Shown: piece by piece, positions 9,172-17,998 of the stretch
How the letters are laid out: each line of letters opens with the position of its first letter
How positions within the stretch are numbered: the first letter of the stretch is position 1
NCBI GenBank assembly: GCA_964420065.1
Contig: CAYQQK010000007.1
Coordinates: forward strand, 5,462 to 69,461
Reading direction: 5' to 3'
Source: an uncultured Syntrophomonadaceae bacterium
GTDB taxonomy: Bacteria > Bacillota > Dethiobacteria > DTU022
Length of the DNA: 64,000 nt
The notes under the pieces: model-generated
Databases searched by the model: none
The model's input: only the letters and a program-made list of their open reading frames with translations
What the model was told of the DNA's origin: nothing
Program-made: the position numbers and the translations under genes

Positions 9172-11189
9172 ACTGGAACCCGCTTGGCTGCGGTTCCTTG
9201 CACGACAATGAACCCGATTATCCGGGTGACCTGGTTCCCCGTTTGAAACCGTTCGATCTAGATCGCGGCGATCTCTACCTGGCCTGGGAGCTGACCCGCC
9301 TCGCCGGCACGGCCCTGAAACCGGCGCAGGTCCGGGCGGTAATTTTGCTGGTACTGGTGCTTCGCCTGCTGGCCGCCGAGGGAAGCACACGCCTGCCGCT
9401 TGTCCCCGGCGGAGTGCTTGCAGAGATCCTTGCCGCATTTCCGATCACCGTGGAGGAAAGGGCCGCGATAGAAGAGCTGTTCACAGCGCTCCGGCAGGGA
9501 GCCGGACCGGCCGATCTGTTCGGCGGGCCGGAAGATTACCGACCATTGATCATCGATCAAGGTTATCTCTATATCCAAAAACTGCATGTTTTGGAGGCCC
9601 GTGTTGGTCGGGCGCTGCAGGCACGTATTGCCGATGACGCAGCGGATGGGCAATCGGAGCAGGACTTTGAAGGGGCTTTGCAAGAGGTGTGCGATAATCC
9701 GCCCGAAAGTGAAGCGGGGCGCTTTGAACTGGATCCCGAACAAATTGAAGCGGTCCGAACGGCATTGTGCGGTCGGATTGCCATTGTCAGCGGGCAGCCG
9801 GGGAGCGGTAAAACATCCATTGTCGCCGCCCTGCTCCGGGTGTTGGCCCGGGTGGGACGCCCGCCGCTGGAAGCGATCGCGCTTACGGCGCCGACCGGAA
9901 AAGCCGCCGACCGGATGCGCCGGGCTATCACCGGGCATCTGGACGCCATCCCCGTTCTCGCCCCGGCCGACCGCCGGCTGGCCGAAGCCGGCCCGCCGGC
10001 CTTGACCCTGCATCGTTTGCTGGACTATTCGCCCGGCCGGGACTGTTTTTGTTATGATCAGGACAACCCGCTTTCGGAGCAACTGATTATCGTCGACGAA
10101 AGTTCGATGCTCGACCTGGCGATGACCGATCACCTGCTGCGCGCCCTGCAACCGGCCGCACGGGTAATTTTTTTGGGCGATGCCGATCAGTTGCCCCCGA
10201 TCGGAACCGGTGCGGTTTTGAGGGATCTGTGCCGTTCAGAAGCGGCCGCCCGGCGCAGCCGGGCGGTGGTGTTGCAAAAGAGCTATCGCGCCCGGAAGGA
10301 GGATCCCGGCGGCAAGATGATCCTCGACGCCGCTACGGCGATCAATGCCGGCCGGATGCCGCTTGGCACCGCTGACGGTTGCGCGCCGCCGTGTCGGAAA
10401 GCCGGTTCGCTGCGGTTTACCGGGGTCGAGCATCTTGAGGTGGATGCACCGGCGGAGCTGGCGGCATTTCTAGTGCGGTGGCACGAATTCTTCCACCACG
10501 CCCTCCCCGGGCTAGGCGCGTGCCTGCACCGTGAATATTTTTCGGGTCCGGAAGGTTTTGATGCTGAAACCAGCGCCGCCCTGCGGATTGTCATGGAACA
10601 TTACGAGAAGTTTCGCCTCCTCTGTGTGACCCGGGTTAGCGCCGGCGGAACCGGATCGGAAGCCGTCAACGCCTGGTTTCGCCGTTACCGGCGTGAAGAA
10701 ACGAAAGCTGCGAGCCGGACCGCCGCCCCGAATTTCTTATTTCCGGTCGGTGAGCCGGTCTTGGTCACGCAAAATGATTACCGGCTTCGCCTTTTCAACG
10801 GCGACTCGGGCCTGGTGCTGACGGTGAGGGCGTCAACTGAAACCGGGCCCGGAGACGCGGTTTCCATGGCTGTATTTGCCCGGGGCGGCGGCTATGTCGC
10901 CTATTCCCCGGAGGCGCTGCGCGGTAAATTGGAGCCGGCCTGGGCGACGACCGTGCACAAAGCGCAGGGTTCGGAATATGATCATGTGGCCATATTATTA
11001 CCCGGGGTACCGGTGCGGCCGTTAACGCGCGAGTTGCTTTACACGGCCGTCACCCGCGCCAGGAAGTCGGTTGTTTTTGTCGGCACGTACGGGATGATCA
11101 GGGCTGGCATAAAGGCGAAAACGGAACGCTTTTCCGGCCTGGCCGGCATGCTCTGCCAGGCTGGCTGCGCCGGTGAAAAAAAACCTTGA
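9156..11189 (+). CDS. recD: Exodeoxyribonuclease V subunit alpha (RecD)
   Basis: GQPGSGKT, APTGKAADR, TLHRLL, IVDESSMLD, LGDADQLPPI, ATTVHKAQGSEY, LYTAVTRAR; GTG 9156 after AGGAGG (9141-9146). Confidence 0.9.
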   Translation: MQANLNWNPLGCGSLHDNEPDYPGDLVPRLKPFDLDRGDLYLAWELTRLAGTALKPAQVRAVILLVLVLRLLAAEGSTRLPLVPGGVLAEILAAFPITVEERAAIEELFTALRQGAGPADLFGGPEDYRPLIIDQGYLYIQKLHVLEARVGRALQARIADDAADGQSEQDFEGALQEVCDNPPESEAGRFELDPEQIEAVRTALCGRIAIVSGQPGSGKTSIVAALLRVLARVGRPPLEAIALTAPTGKAADRMRRAITGHLDAIPVLAPADRRLAEAGPPALTLHRLLDYSPGRDCFCYDQDNPLSEQLIIVDESSMLDLAMTDHLLRALQPAARVIFLGDADQLPPIGTGAVLRDLCRSEAAARRSRAVVLQKSYRARKEDPGGKMILDAATAINAGRMPLGTADGCAPPCRKAGSLRFTGVEHLEVDAPAELAAFLVRWHEFFHHALPGLGACLHREYFSGPEGFDAETSAALRIVMEHYEKFRLLCVTRVSAGGTGSEAVNAWFRRYRREETKAASRTAAPNFLFPVGEPVLVTQNDYRLRLFNGDSGLVLTVRASTETGPGDAVSMAVFARGGGYVAYSPEALRGKLEPAWATTVHKAQGSEYDHVAILLPGVPVRPLTRELLYTAVTRARKSVVFVGTYGMIRAGIKAKTERFSGLAGMLCQAGCAGEKKP

Positions 11190-11213
11190 CAAACGCTTTT
11201 TTTGGTTTATAAA
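11186..11213 (+). promoter_or_regulatory. Putative sigmaA promoter for the ATP-grasp/kamA pair
   Basis: TTGACA (11186-11191), 16 nt, TATAAA (11208-11213). Confidence 0.5.
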
Positions 11214-11318
11214 TAGAGAATAAACAGGTTGTAAAAAACAAAGCCAAAGCGTAACCATACCCAAGGCGACACCCGGGAGTTGCGGGCGAGGGGCCTGGAA
11301 AAATGAGGCGATCACTGG

Positions 11319-12416
11319 ATGAGAGTGGCCCTGCTGTACAGCTCCAAAATAGGCATGAAAGCGGCTTTGTTGCGCCGTCGGGAGAAAGTTGCGGACGAAG
11401 ACAGCGAACCCCCGCCCGACCTGCTGGCCGAGTGTGACAACGACGCTACGATCGCGGCTGTCGGGCGGGTTCTTGAAGAACAACACCGGGTCTACTATAT
11501 CGAATCCGATGAACGGGCCTATACCCGCTTGCGACGGCTTTGCCCGGATCTCGTCTTCAACATTTCCGAACGCCTTTTTGGACCAAACCGCGAATCACAT
11601 ATTCCTACCATCTGCGAAATTCTTGGGTTACCTTACACCGGTTCCGACCCCCTGACTTTGGGTATTTGCCTGGATAAATCCCGGGCCAAGGAAATTCTGA
11701 GCCATTACGGTATCCCCAACCCGTCGTTTACCGTGGTCGAGGACCCGGCCTACGTTCCGGCCCACTTTCCGTTGCCGGCTATCGTCAAGCCGCTTTACGA
11801 AGGATCGAGCAAGGGGATCACGAACGATTCCGTCGTTCGTTCGTGGGAAGCACTGCTTGACAAAACTGCAGCCACCATCCGGGCATACCGGCAACCGGTG
11901 ATCATTGAACGGTTTTTTTCCGGAAGAGAATTTACAGCCGGTGTTCTGGGCAACTATCCGGATTATGAGATCCTGCCGGTTGTCGAAATTGACTACAGCG
12001 GGCTTCCGACCGGGGTTGAGCCGGTCTACTCCTACGAGGCGAAATGGATCTGGGATACACCCGACCGGCCCCTTGAAATTTTCCGGTGCCCCGCAGTCGT
12101 AACGGACCGGCTTGAGAAAAAGATCCGTGAAGTCGTGCGTCGGACGTGCACCCTGCTGCGAATCAGGGACTGGTGCCGCGTCGATCTCCGGCTTGACCAT
12201 GCCGGTGATCCGAATGTGCTCGAGGTCAATCCTTTACCGGGTATTTTACCCCGTCCGGAGGATAATTCCTGCCTTCCCAAGGCCGCCGCTGCGGCCGGTT
12301 ATACCTACCGGGATCTCATCTGCCGGGTGGTGGACGAGGCGATGAAACGTTGTGGAGAACGACAGGCTGCAGAACGAACCTGGACCGCCATGCTTGTTAC
12401 AGGCCGGGCAAAATGA
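11319..12416 (+). CDS. D-Ala-D-Ala-ligase-like ATP-grasp peptide ligase of unknown substrate
   Basis: PYTGSD...LDK, IVKPLYEGSSKGI, ERFFSGREFT, YSYEAK, RVDLR, LEVNPLPG; lacks the Ddl N-terminal GGxSxEH motif. Confidence 0.85.
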   Translation: MRVALLYSSKIGMKAALLRRREKVADEDSEPPPDLLAECDNDATIAAVGRVLEEQHRVYYIESDERAYTRLRRLCPDLVFNISERLFGPNRESHIPTICEILGLPYTGSDPLTLGICLDKSRAKEILSHYGIPNPSFTVVEDPAYVPAHFPLPAIVKPLYEGSSKGITNDSVVRSWEALLDKTAATIRAYRQPVIIERFFSGREFTAGVLGNYPDYEILPVVEIDYSGLPTGVEPVYSYEAKWIWDTPDRPLEIFRCPAVVTDRLEKKIREVVRRTCTLLRIRDWCRVDLRLDHAGDPNVLEVNPLPGILPRPEDNSCLPKAAAAAGYTYRDLICRVVDEAMKRCGERQAAERTWTAMLVTGRAK

Positions 12417-12517
12417 GACGGAAGGGTCGTTGCCGCATCGCATCCAGTTTAACCGGTACCCGGGGTGGGGCCGATCCCTGAACCCAGTACTTTCTGGTCA
12501 AAAGGAGTAGGGAAGAA

Positions 12518-13633
12518 ATGGATGACTGGCAGAAGTTACTGCGGGGTTGTCTGCGGAAACCCGAAGCAATTGCCTTGCGTTTCGGACTTGAAGTTGACGA
12601 GGTGCGTCGGATTACGGCTGTATTCAGGGCCGGTATTTCACCGTACTACGCCGCTTTGATCAAAGCCAAGGACGATCCGATCTGGCGGCAGGTAGTGCCG
12701 GACCCGGCCGAGTTGCACGCATGTTCCGGCGAAGCCGATCCTCTTTCTGAAGATGAGGATTCGCCGGTACCGGGTATCGTGCACCGTTATCCCGACCGGG
12801 TTTTATTCATGGTGTCGCACAGTTGTGCTTCCTATTGCCGGTTTTGCACCCGGAAAAGGAAAGTCGGCGATCCGTCGAAGGTGCATCTCCGCGACATTGA
12901 AGCGGGGATCGGTTACATCAAAAGTCATAAAGAAATACGCGATGTTTTGCTTTCGGGCGGTGATCCGCTCATGTTAAGCAACGCCAAAATTGAGCGAATT
13001 CTGATCAGCCTGCGTTCCATACCCCATGTTGAAATTATCCGGATTGGCACACGTATGCCCTGCTTTTTGCCGCACCGGATTACTGAAAAACTGGCCGCGA
13101 TACTCAAAAAGTACCACCCGCTCTATGTAAACGTTCATTTCAACCATCCGGATGAAATCACGCCCGCTTCCGCCCGGGCGCTCAACCTGCTGGCCGATTC
13201 CGGCATCCCCCTCGGCAACCAGACCGTCCTGCTCAAGGGGGTCAACGATGATCCGCCGGTAATGCGCCGGCTCATGCAAAAACTGCTGACAGTCAGGGTG
13301 AAGCCGTATTATATTTACCAGGCCGATCACGTCGCCGGGACGGAACATCTGCGCACGACCGTGGAGAAAGGGATCGCGATCATGGAAAATTTACGCGGCT
13401 GGACATCGGGCCTGGCTGTGCCGCATTACTGCATCGATGCGCCCGGGGGGGGCGGCAAGATTCCTCTTCTGCCGCAGTATGTCCAATCGATCGATCATGA
13501 AAAAGTGATTTTGCGCAATTATGCCGGAGATACTTTCACCTATCCTCAGGTGCGCCGCCGCCCGGAACCGGCGTGGCGAAACCGACCCGGGGCCTGCATC
13601 ATGACGGAGCAGCCGGCCCCCCGGCAGGCCTGA
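12518..13633 (+). CDS. kamA: KamA-family radical SAM/PLP enzyme (lysine 2,3-aminomutase-like)
   Basis: HRYPDR, CASYCRFCTRK (CxxxCxxC), LLSGGDPL, NQTVLLKGVND, YIYQAD, IDAPGGGGKIP (PLP lysine). Confidence 0.9.
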   Translation: MDDWQKLLRGCLRKPEAIALRFGLEVDEVRRITAVFRAGISPYYAALIKAKDDPIWRQVVPDPAELHACSGEADPLSEDEDSPVPGIVHRYPDRVLFMVSHSCASYCRFCTRKRKVGDPSKVHLRDIEAGIGYIKSHKEIRDVLLSGGDPLMLSNAKIERILISLRSIPHVEIIRIGTRMPCFLPHRITEKLAAILKKYHPLYVNVHFNHPDEITPASARALNLLADSGIPLGNQTVLLKGVNDDPPVMRRLMQKLLTVRVKPYYIYQADHVAGTEHLRTTVEKGIAIMENLRGWTSGLAVPHYCIDAPGGGGKIPLLPQYVQSIDHEKVILRNYAGDTFTYPQVRRRPEPAWRNRPGACIMTEQPAPRQA

Positions 13634-13668
13634 AGGCGAGGGTTCCGCCTTTTAATTCCTGCAATCCG

Positions 13669-13698
13669 AAGCTCGGACCTAAGACATCCGGGCTTTTT
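13669..13698 (+). terminator. Rho-independent terminator after kamA
   Basis: Stem AAGCTCGGA / TCCGGGCTT (one G-U pair), 9-nt loop, followed by a T run. Confidence 0.6.
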
Positions 13699-13829
13699 CA
13701 TGCTTCCGTCCCGGTTCAAACTTGATCGGATCATGCGCGGTACGTTATTCTGAATATGGTTTCGCCGGAAAAAGGAAACAGGTACAATTTGTAACGGCGT
13801 TTTTTTGTAAACGGAGGGAGACCGAAAAG

Positions 13830-15173
13830 GTGAGACTGGATCTGGTGTTAAAGAACGGTATTGTTGTCTCCCCGGGACGCAACGTGCAAATAGATATCGC
13901 GGTTAAAGAGGGCAAGATCGTCGCCCTGGGCCGGTCGGAAGAATTTTGTGACGCCGCCCAAACGCTTGATGTGACGGGGAAATATATTCTGCCCGGTGTT
14001 ATCGATGTGCACTGCCACTTTCGCGACCCGGGGTTAACGCACAAAGAAGATTTTTTGAGCGGCACCCGCGCCGCGGCCATGGGTGGAGTGACCACGGTCT
14101 TTGATATGCCCAACACGATCCCCCCGGTTACAAACTTGATCGCGCTGCACCAAAAAATGAAGGCAATCAAAAATCGGGCGTATGTTGATTATTGCTTATG
14201 GGGTGCGGTGACGAGCAACGACCCGGTACAAATTGATAATCTGGCCGGCCTGGGTGTTATCGGTTTCAAGATATTTCTGGCCCAAACCACTGGAGACCTG
14301 GCCGCCCCCGGTGACGGGGCTCTTCTGGAGGTGTTTGGGCGTATTCGGGCAACCGGTTTAAGGGCTGCTCTCCACGCTGAGGACGAAGGTTATATCAATT
14401 ATTTTACCCGTAAATTTCAAAAAGAAGGGTGCCGGAATTACGAAGCCGTGGAAACGGCGCGGGATGCGACGGCGGAAGCGCTGGCCATTGCTCGCGTGCT
14501 GGTTTTAGCGCACCGGTCCGGCAACAAGATCCATATTGCCCACCTGAGCACCCGCGAAGGAGCTGAACTGGTCAAACTGGCCCGCGAGAAGGGGATCGAT
14601 GTCAGCGCCGAGACCTGCCCGCAGTACCTGCTTTTAAAAAATGATGATTATGCGCGCCTGGGGCAGGTGGCGAAAATGTTTCCCCCGTTGCGCCGGGCCG
14701 GCGATATGGAGGCCCTTTGGGCGGCGATTGCCGATGGTGTGGTCGAGGTTATCGCTTCGGATCATGCGCCGCACACCCGGCAGGAAAAACTTGGCACCGT
14801 AGATATCTGGGATGTTCCGGCCGGCATGATCGGCGTCGAAACGAGCGTGCCCCTGATGCTCGAACAGGTAAACCGGGGGCGGTTGACCCTGAACGAGTAT
14901 GTACGCATTGCTTGTGAAAAACCGGCCCGGTTGTTCAACCTTTATCCCCGTAAAGGGACGATCGGGGCCGGCGCCGATGCTGATTTTACCATAATCGATC
15001 TCAACCAAACGTATGAAATTAAAGCGACCCGCCTTCACTCCAAGTCCAGGTTCACACCCTTTGAGGGTATAACAGGCAAAGGTTTCCCGGTCTATACGAT
15101 TGTCAGAGGCAACGTGGTGATGGCACATGGGCGGCTGCTTACCGAGCCGTCCGGCCTTTTCGTCAGCCCGTAA
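13830..15173 (+). CDS. Cyclic amidohydrolase, dihydroorotase/allantoinase family
   Basis: PGVIDVHCHFRDPG, AAMGGVTTVFDMPNT, GFKIFL (carbamylated Lys position), HAED, HIAHLST, ETCPQYL, ASDHAPH; GTG 13830 after GGAGGGA. Confidence 0.8.
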   Translation: MRLDLVLKNGIVVSPGRNVQIDIAVKEGKIVALGRSEEFCDAAQTLDVTGKYILPGVIDVHCHFRDPGLTHKEDFLSGTRAAAMGGVTTVFDMPNTIPPVTNLIALHQKMKAIKNRAYVDYCLWGAVTSNDPVQIDNLAGLGVIGFKIFLAQTTGDLAAPGDGALLEVFGRIRATGLRAALHAEDEGYINYFTRKFQKEGCRNYEAVETARDATAEALAIARVLVLAHRSGNKIHIAHLSTREGAELVKLAREKGIDVSAETCPQYLLLKNDDYARLGQVAKMFPPLRRAGDMEALWAAIADGVVEVIASDHAPHTRQEKLGTVDIWDVPAGMIGVETSVPLMLEQVNRGRLTLNEYVRIACEKPARLFNLYPRKGTIGAGADADFTIIDLNQTYEIKATRLHSKSRFTPFEGITGKGFPVYTIVRGNVVMAHGRLLTEPSGLFVSP

Positions 15174-15295
15174 CAGATCGGGGGGAAAAGCCGTCCATGA
15201 ATATAATCCGAATAGGCAGAATAGATCTAACTAGAGGATATTTAGAAACATTGTCGAAATTAGAAATATGGCTTTCAAATAAGAGTTCGGAGGAT

Positions 15296-16156
15296 GTGAT
15301 AGCCATAAAAAAGCATATTGATTTGCATGCCCACATCATTCCGGATCTGGATGACGATGGTCCGCCTGATCTGGAAAGCGCACTTGCAATTGCCGGGGAA
15401 CTGGTAAAACAGGGTTTCGAAACAGTTATCGCCACGCCGCACTGTTTTGAGGGGACACCGACCGCCGCTGAAGTACTGGATCGGTGCCGACTTTTTCAAG
15501 CAGCACTCAAACAAAGGGGAATTCCGTTGCGGGTTTTACCCGGGGCCGAACTGGCCATCGAGCCGCAGCTATTCAAGCGTATCGTCAACGGGCAGGTGAT
15601 GACCCTGAACGGGGGCCGCTATCTGCTGATCGAACTGCCGCTGTTTTTGGACCTCCCTCCCTATGCCGAAAGACTATTTTTTGAGCTGCAGGCCCGGGGA
15701 TACTACCTGATCCTGGCCCATCCGGAGCGGATCAGGGCTTTCCAGGAGGATCTCCTGCTCTTGTACCGTCTGGTGACCCGGGGCATCTATACCCAGCTTA
15801 CCTTGAGTAGTCTGACCGGTTTTTTGGGTCCCACGGTGAAAAAAATTGCCTGGAAGATGCTTACCTGCCGGTTGGTTCATTTCCTGGCCACCGATGCCCA
15901 TGACGTGGAGGGCCGCCTTTCCCGGACCGGGCCGGCGTTGAAATTACTGCAAAAACAGGCCGGGGCCGGAGTTGCCGAAACAATGCTTGGGGAAAGGCCG
16001 ATGCGGCTTTTGCACGGTGAAAAGCTGGAAGTTCCGGAACCGCTCCCGGTACAAAAAAGCAGTTTCCGTTTCATAAACAAACAGATTCCGTTGACGAACC
16101 GGAAGAAGGGAATACCCCCCGGGAGAAGGATTTCAACGGTTTGGGTCAAAGAGTAA
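15296..16156 (+). CDS. CpsB/CapC-family PHP tyrosine-protein phosphatase
   Basis: IDLHAHIIPDLDDDGP, IATPH, PGAE, LAHPER, ATDAH; start uncertain (GTG 15296 chosen). Confidence 0.85.
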   Translation: MIAIKKHIDLHAHIIPDLDDDGPPDLESALAIAGELVKQGFETVIATPHCFEGTPTAAEVLDRCRLFQAALKQRGIPLRVLPGAELAIEPQLFKRIVNGQVMTLNGGRYLLIELPLFLDLPPYAERLFFELQARGYYLILAHPERIRAFQEDLLLLYRLVTRGIYTQLTLSSLTGFLGPTVKKIAWKMLTCRLVHFLATDAHDVEGRLSRTGPALKLLQKQAGAGVAETMLGERPMRLLHGEKLEVPEPLPVQKSSFRFINKQIPLTNRKKGIPPGRRISTVWVKE

Positions 16157-16305
16157 GGGTGCCCCGGTTTTTGAACCGGCAAAGAATGTTCGATCGGTAT
16201 CCCTGTCAAGCCGGCAATTTGATTGAACCGTGAAAATGGTCCCGGCTCCGCGGCAGGCAATCCGGGGGCCGGGACCGGTGCCGGCAGGCAGGGTGGAGGG
16301 CCAGA

Positions 16306-17310
16306 ATGCATATTCTTGTTACCGGCGGTGCCGGCTTTATCGGTGCGCATACCTGTGTGGCTTTGCTTGAAGCGGGCCATCACGTTATTGTTGCCGATAA
16401 CCTTTCCAACAGTGATCCCGGGACCCTGCAGAAAATTAAACAAATAACCGGCAAGACAGTTACTTTTTACCGGATCGATGTCACCGGCACCGTGGCACTG
16501 GACCGGCTTTTTGCCGCTCATGCCATCGATGCGGTGATTCATTTTGCCGGGTTGAAAGCGGTGGGTGAGTCTGTTGCAAAACCGCTCGAATATTATCGTA
16601 ACAACATCATTGGCACCATGACGCTCGCCGAGGCCTGCCGGAAAAACGGGGTGAAACGTTTCATTTTTAGTTCTTCGGCAACGGTTTACGGGGACAACCG
16701 GGTTCCTTTTGTAGAAACGATGCCGCTCCGTCCGGCGAAAAGCCCCTACGGACGGACAAAAGCGATCAGCGAACAGATTCTCGTTGATCTGGCCCGGGCC
16801 TGGCCGGGATGGGCGGTGGTGCTGCTGCGCTATTTCAACCCGGTTGGGGCCCATGAAAGCGGTCTTATTGGCGAAGCGCCGGCCGGTATCCCCAATAACC
16901 TGATGCCCCATATCACCCGGGTGGCCGGGGGAAAGCTGGACCAGCTACGTATTTTCGGGGACGATTATCCTACCGTTGACGGTACCGGCGTACGCGATTA
17001 TATTCATGTTTGCGATCTGGCCGAAGGGCATCTGCGGGCCCTGGAGCGGCTCTCTCCGGGCGTTCGCGTTTATAATTTGGGCACCGGCCGCGGGACCAGT
17101 GTTTTGCAGTTGGTCCGGGCCTTTGAACAGGCAAGCGGGATCGAACTGCCTTATGAAATCGTGGCCCGCCGGCCCGGTGATGTTGCCGAGAGCTACGCCG
17201 ATGTAACCAGGGCCAAAGAGGAACTGGGCTGGGTGGCCGGACGGGATATAATTGATATGTGCCGCGATGCCTGGCGTTTTGAGCGGGGCCGCACTGAAAC
17301 CGGGAATTGA
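16306..17310 (+). CDS. galE: UDP-glucose 4-epimerase
   Basis: ILVTGGAGFIG, HFAGLKAVGES, SSSATVYG, YGRTK (YxxxK), LRYFNPVGAH, GTGVRDYIHV. Confidence 0.95.
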   Translation: MHILVTGGAGFIGAHTCVALLEAGHHVIVADNLSNSDPGTLQKIKQITGKTVTFYRIDVTGTVALDRLFAAHAIDAVIHFAGLKAVGESVAKPLEYYRNNIIGTMTLAEACRKNGVKRFIFSSSATVYGDNRVPFVETMPLRPAKSPYGRTKAISEQILVDLARAWPGWAVVLLRYFNPVGAHESGLIGEAPAGIPNNLMPHITRVAGGKLDQLRIFGDDYPTVDGTGVRDYIHVCDLAEGHLRALERLSPGVRVYNLGTGRGTSVLQLVRAFEQASGIELPYEIVARRPGDVAESYADVTRAKEELGWVAGRDIIDMCRDAWRFERGRTETGN

Positions 17311-17526
17311 CCGGGTTAACCCCGCGTTGGAACTTTTTTCACCGTTTTCCAGTCACCTTTGAAGCTGCGCTTGCAGATGTCGGCAGATCCAAAGAAGTAG
17401 CCGCTAAATAATTTTTATTCGACACAAGGCACCCGCTTGCGGTCAAGTTCCATCCCCTCTCTTCGCTGCATTGAAATCAATGCATTCCGTGAATATATGC
17501 GAACTTTTCTTACAAGACACAACGGT

Positions 17527-17628
17527 TTCCATCTCACGGTGGACACCCTTGCCCTTGGCTGTGTGCTTGGCACTATCAACCCACACCTGGGATTCGCACC
17601 CGTTGGACTGTGCCCATGCCGGGCGTAC
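17527..17628 (-). mobile_element. Group IIC intron 5' remnant (part of domain I only)
   Basis: Minus strand reads GTACGCCCGGCATGGGCACAGTCCAACGGGTGCGAATCCC...AGCCAAGGGCAAGGGTGTCCACCGTGAGATGGAA, matching the IIC 5' pattern (GTGYGCCCGGCATGGG..CAGTC...GGGTG.GA.TCCC...GCAAGGGTGTCC...TGGAA). It begins a few nt after a terminator hairpin, the known IIC target. No RT ORF or domain V seen. Confidence 0.75.
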
Positions 17629-17630
17629 AT

Positions 17631-17661
17631 AAAGAAATCAGGGTTGGTTTTTACCCTGACT
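17631..17661 (-). terminator. Terminator of tRNA-Leu(GAG)
   Basis: Minus strand AGTCAGGGT-AAAAACCA-ACCCTGATT followed by TCTTT. Confidence 0.7.
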
Positions 17662-17674
17662 CCTTGCATCAAAG

Positions 17675-17759
17675 TGGTGTCGGAGGGGGGACTTGAACCC
17701 CCACGGTGTAAACCACACGCCCCTCAAACGTGCGCGTCTGCCTGTTCCGCCACTCCGAC
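17675..17759 (-). tRNA. tRNA-Leu(GAG)
   Basis: GTCGGAG acceptor, anticodon loop TTGAGGG, long variable arm, GTTCAAGTC T-loop, encoded CCA. Confidence 0.97.
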
Positions 17760-17775
17760 CCGTTTTTCAATTTAA

Positions 17776-17804
17776 ATTATACGGTGTCCGCCGGGCAGTG
17801 TCAA
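17776..17804 (-). promoter_or_regulatory. Consensus sigmaA promoter of tRNA-Leu
   Basis: TTGACA-17 nt-TATAAT on the minus strand. Confidence 0.85.
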
Positions 17805-17998
17805 GACAAGGAACCCGTCGGGTTGCAGTTGGCAACGGATCCTCCGCCTGGTGTTGCATCTGCAGCGATAACCGGAACGGCGGTTCAAGAGACATATCTT
17901 CACACAATTGGCAAGAGGGTTTATATGCCCACGTGTCCAAATATATATTACATACCGCGACATGTTTATGTTGCCCTCGTTCGAAAGGAGACAGAGCA

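Noticed and set aside
15877-16911. 344-aa minus-strand ORF
   Set aside because: Antisense shadow of galE and the phosphatase gene.
17693-17998. N-terminal extension of the MmgE/PrpD ORF in the track
   Set aside because: Overlaps tRNA-Leu and its promoter; the SD-supported start is 17999.
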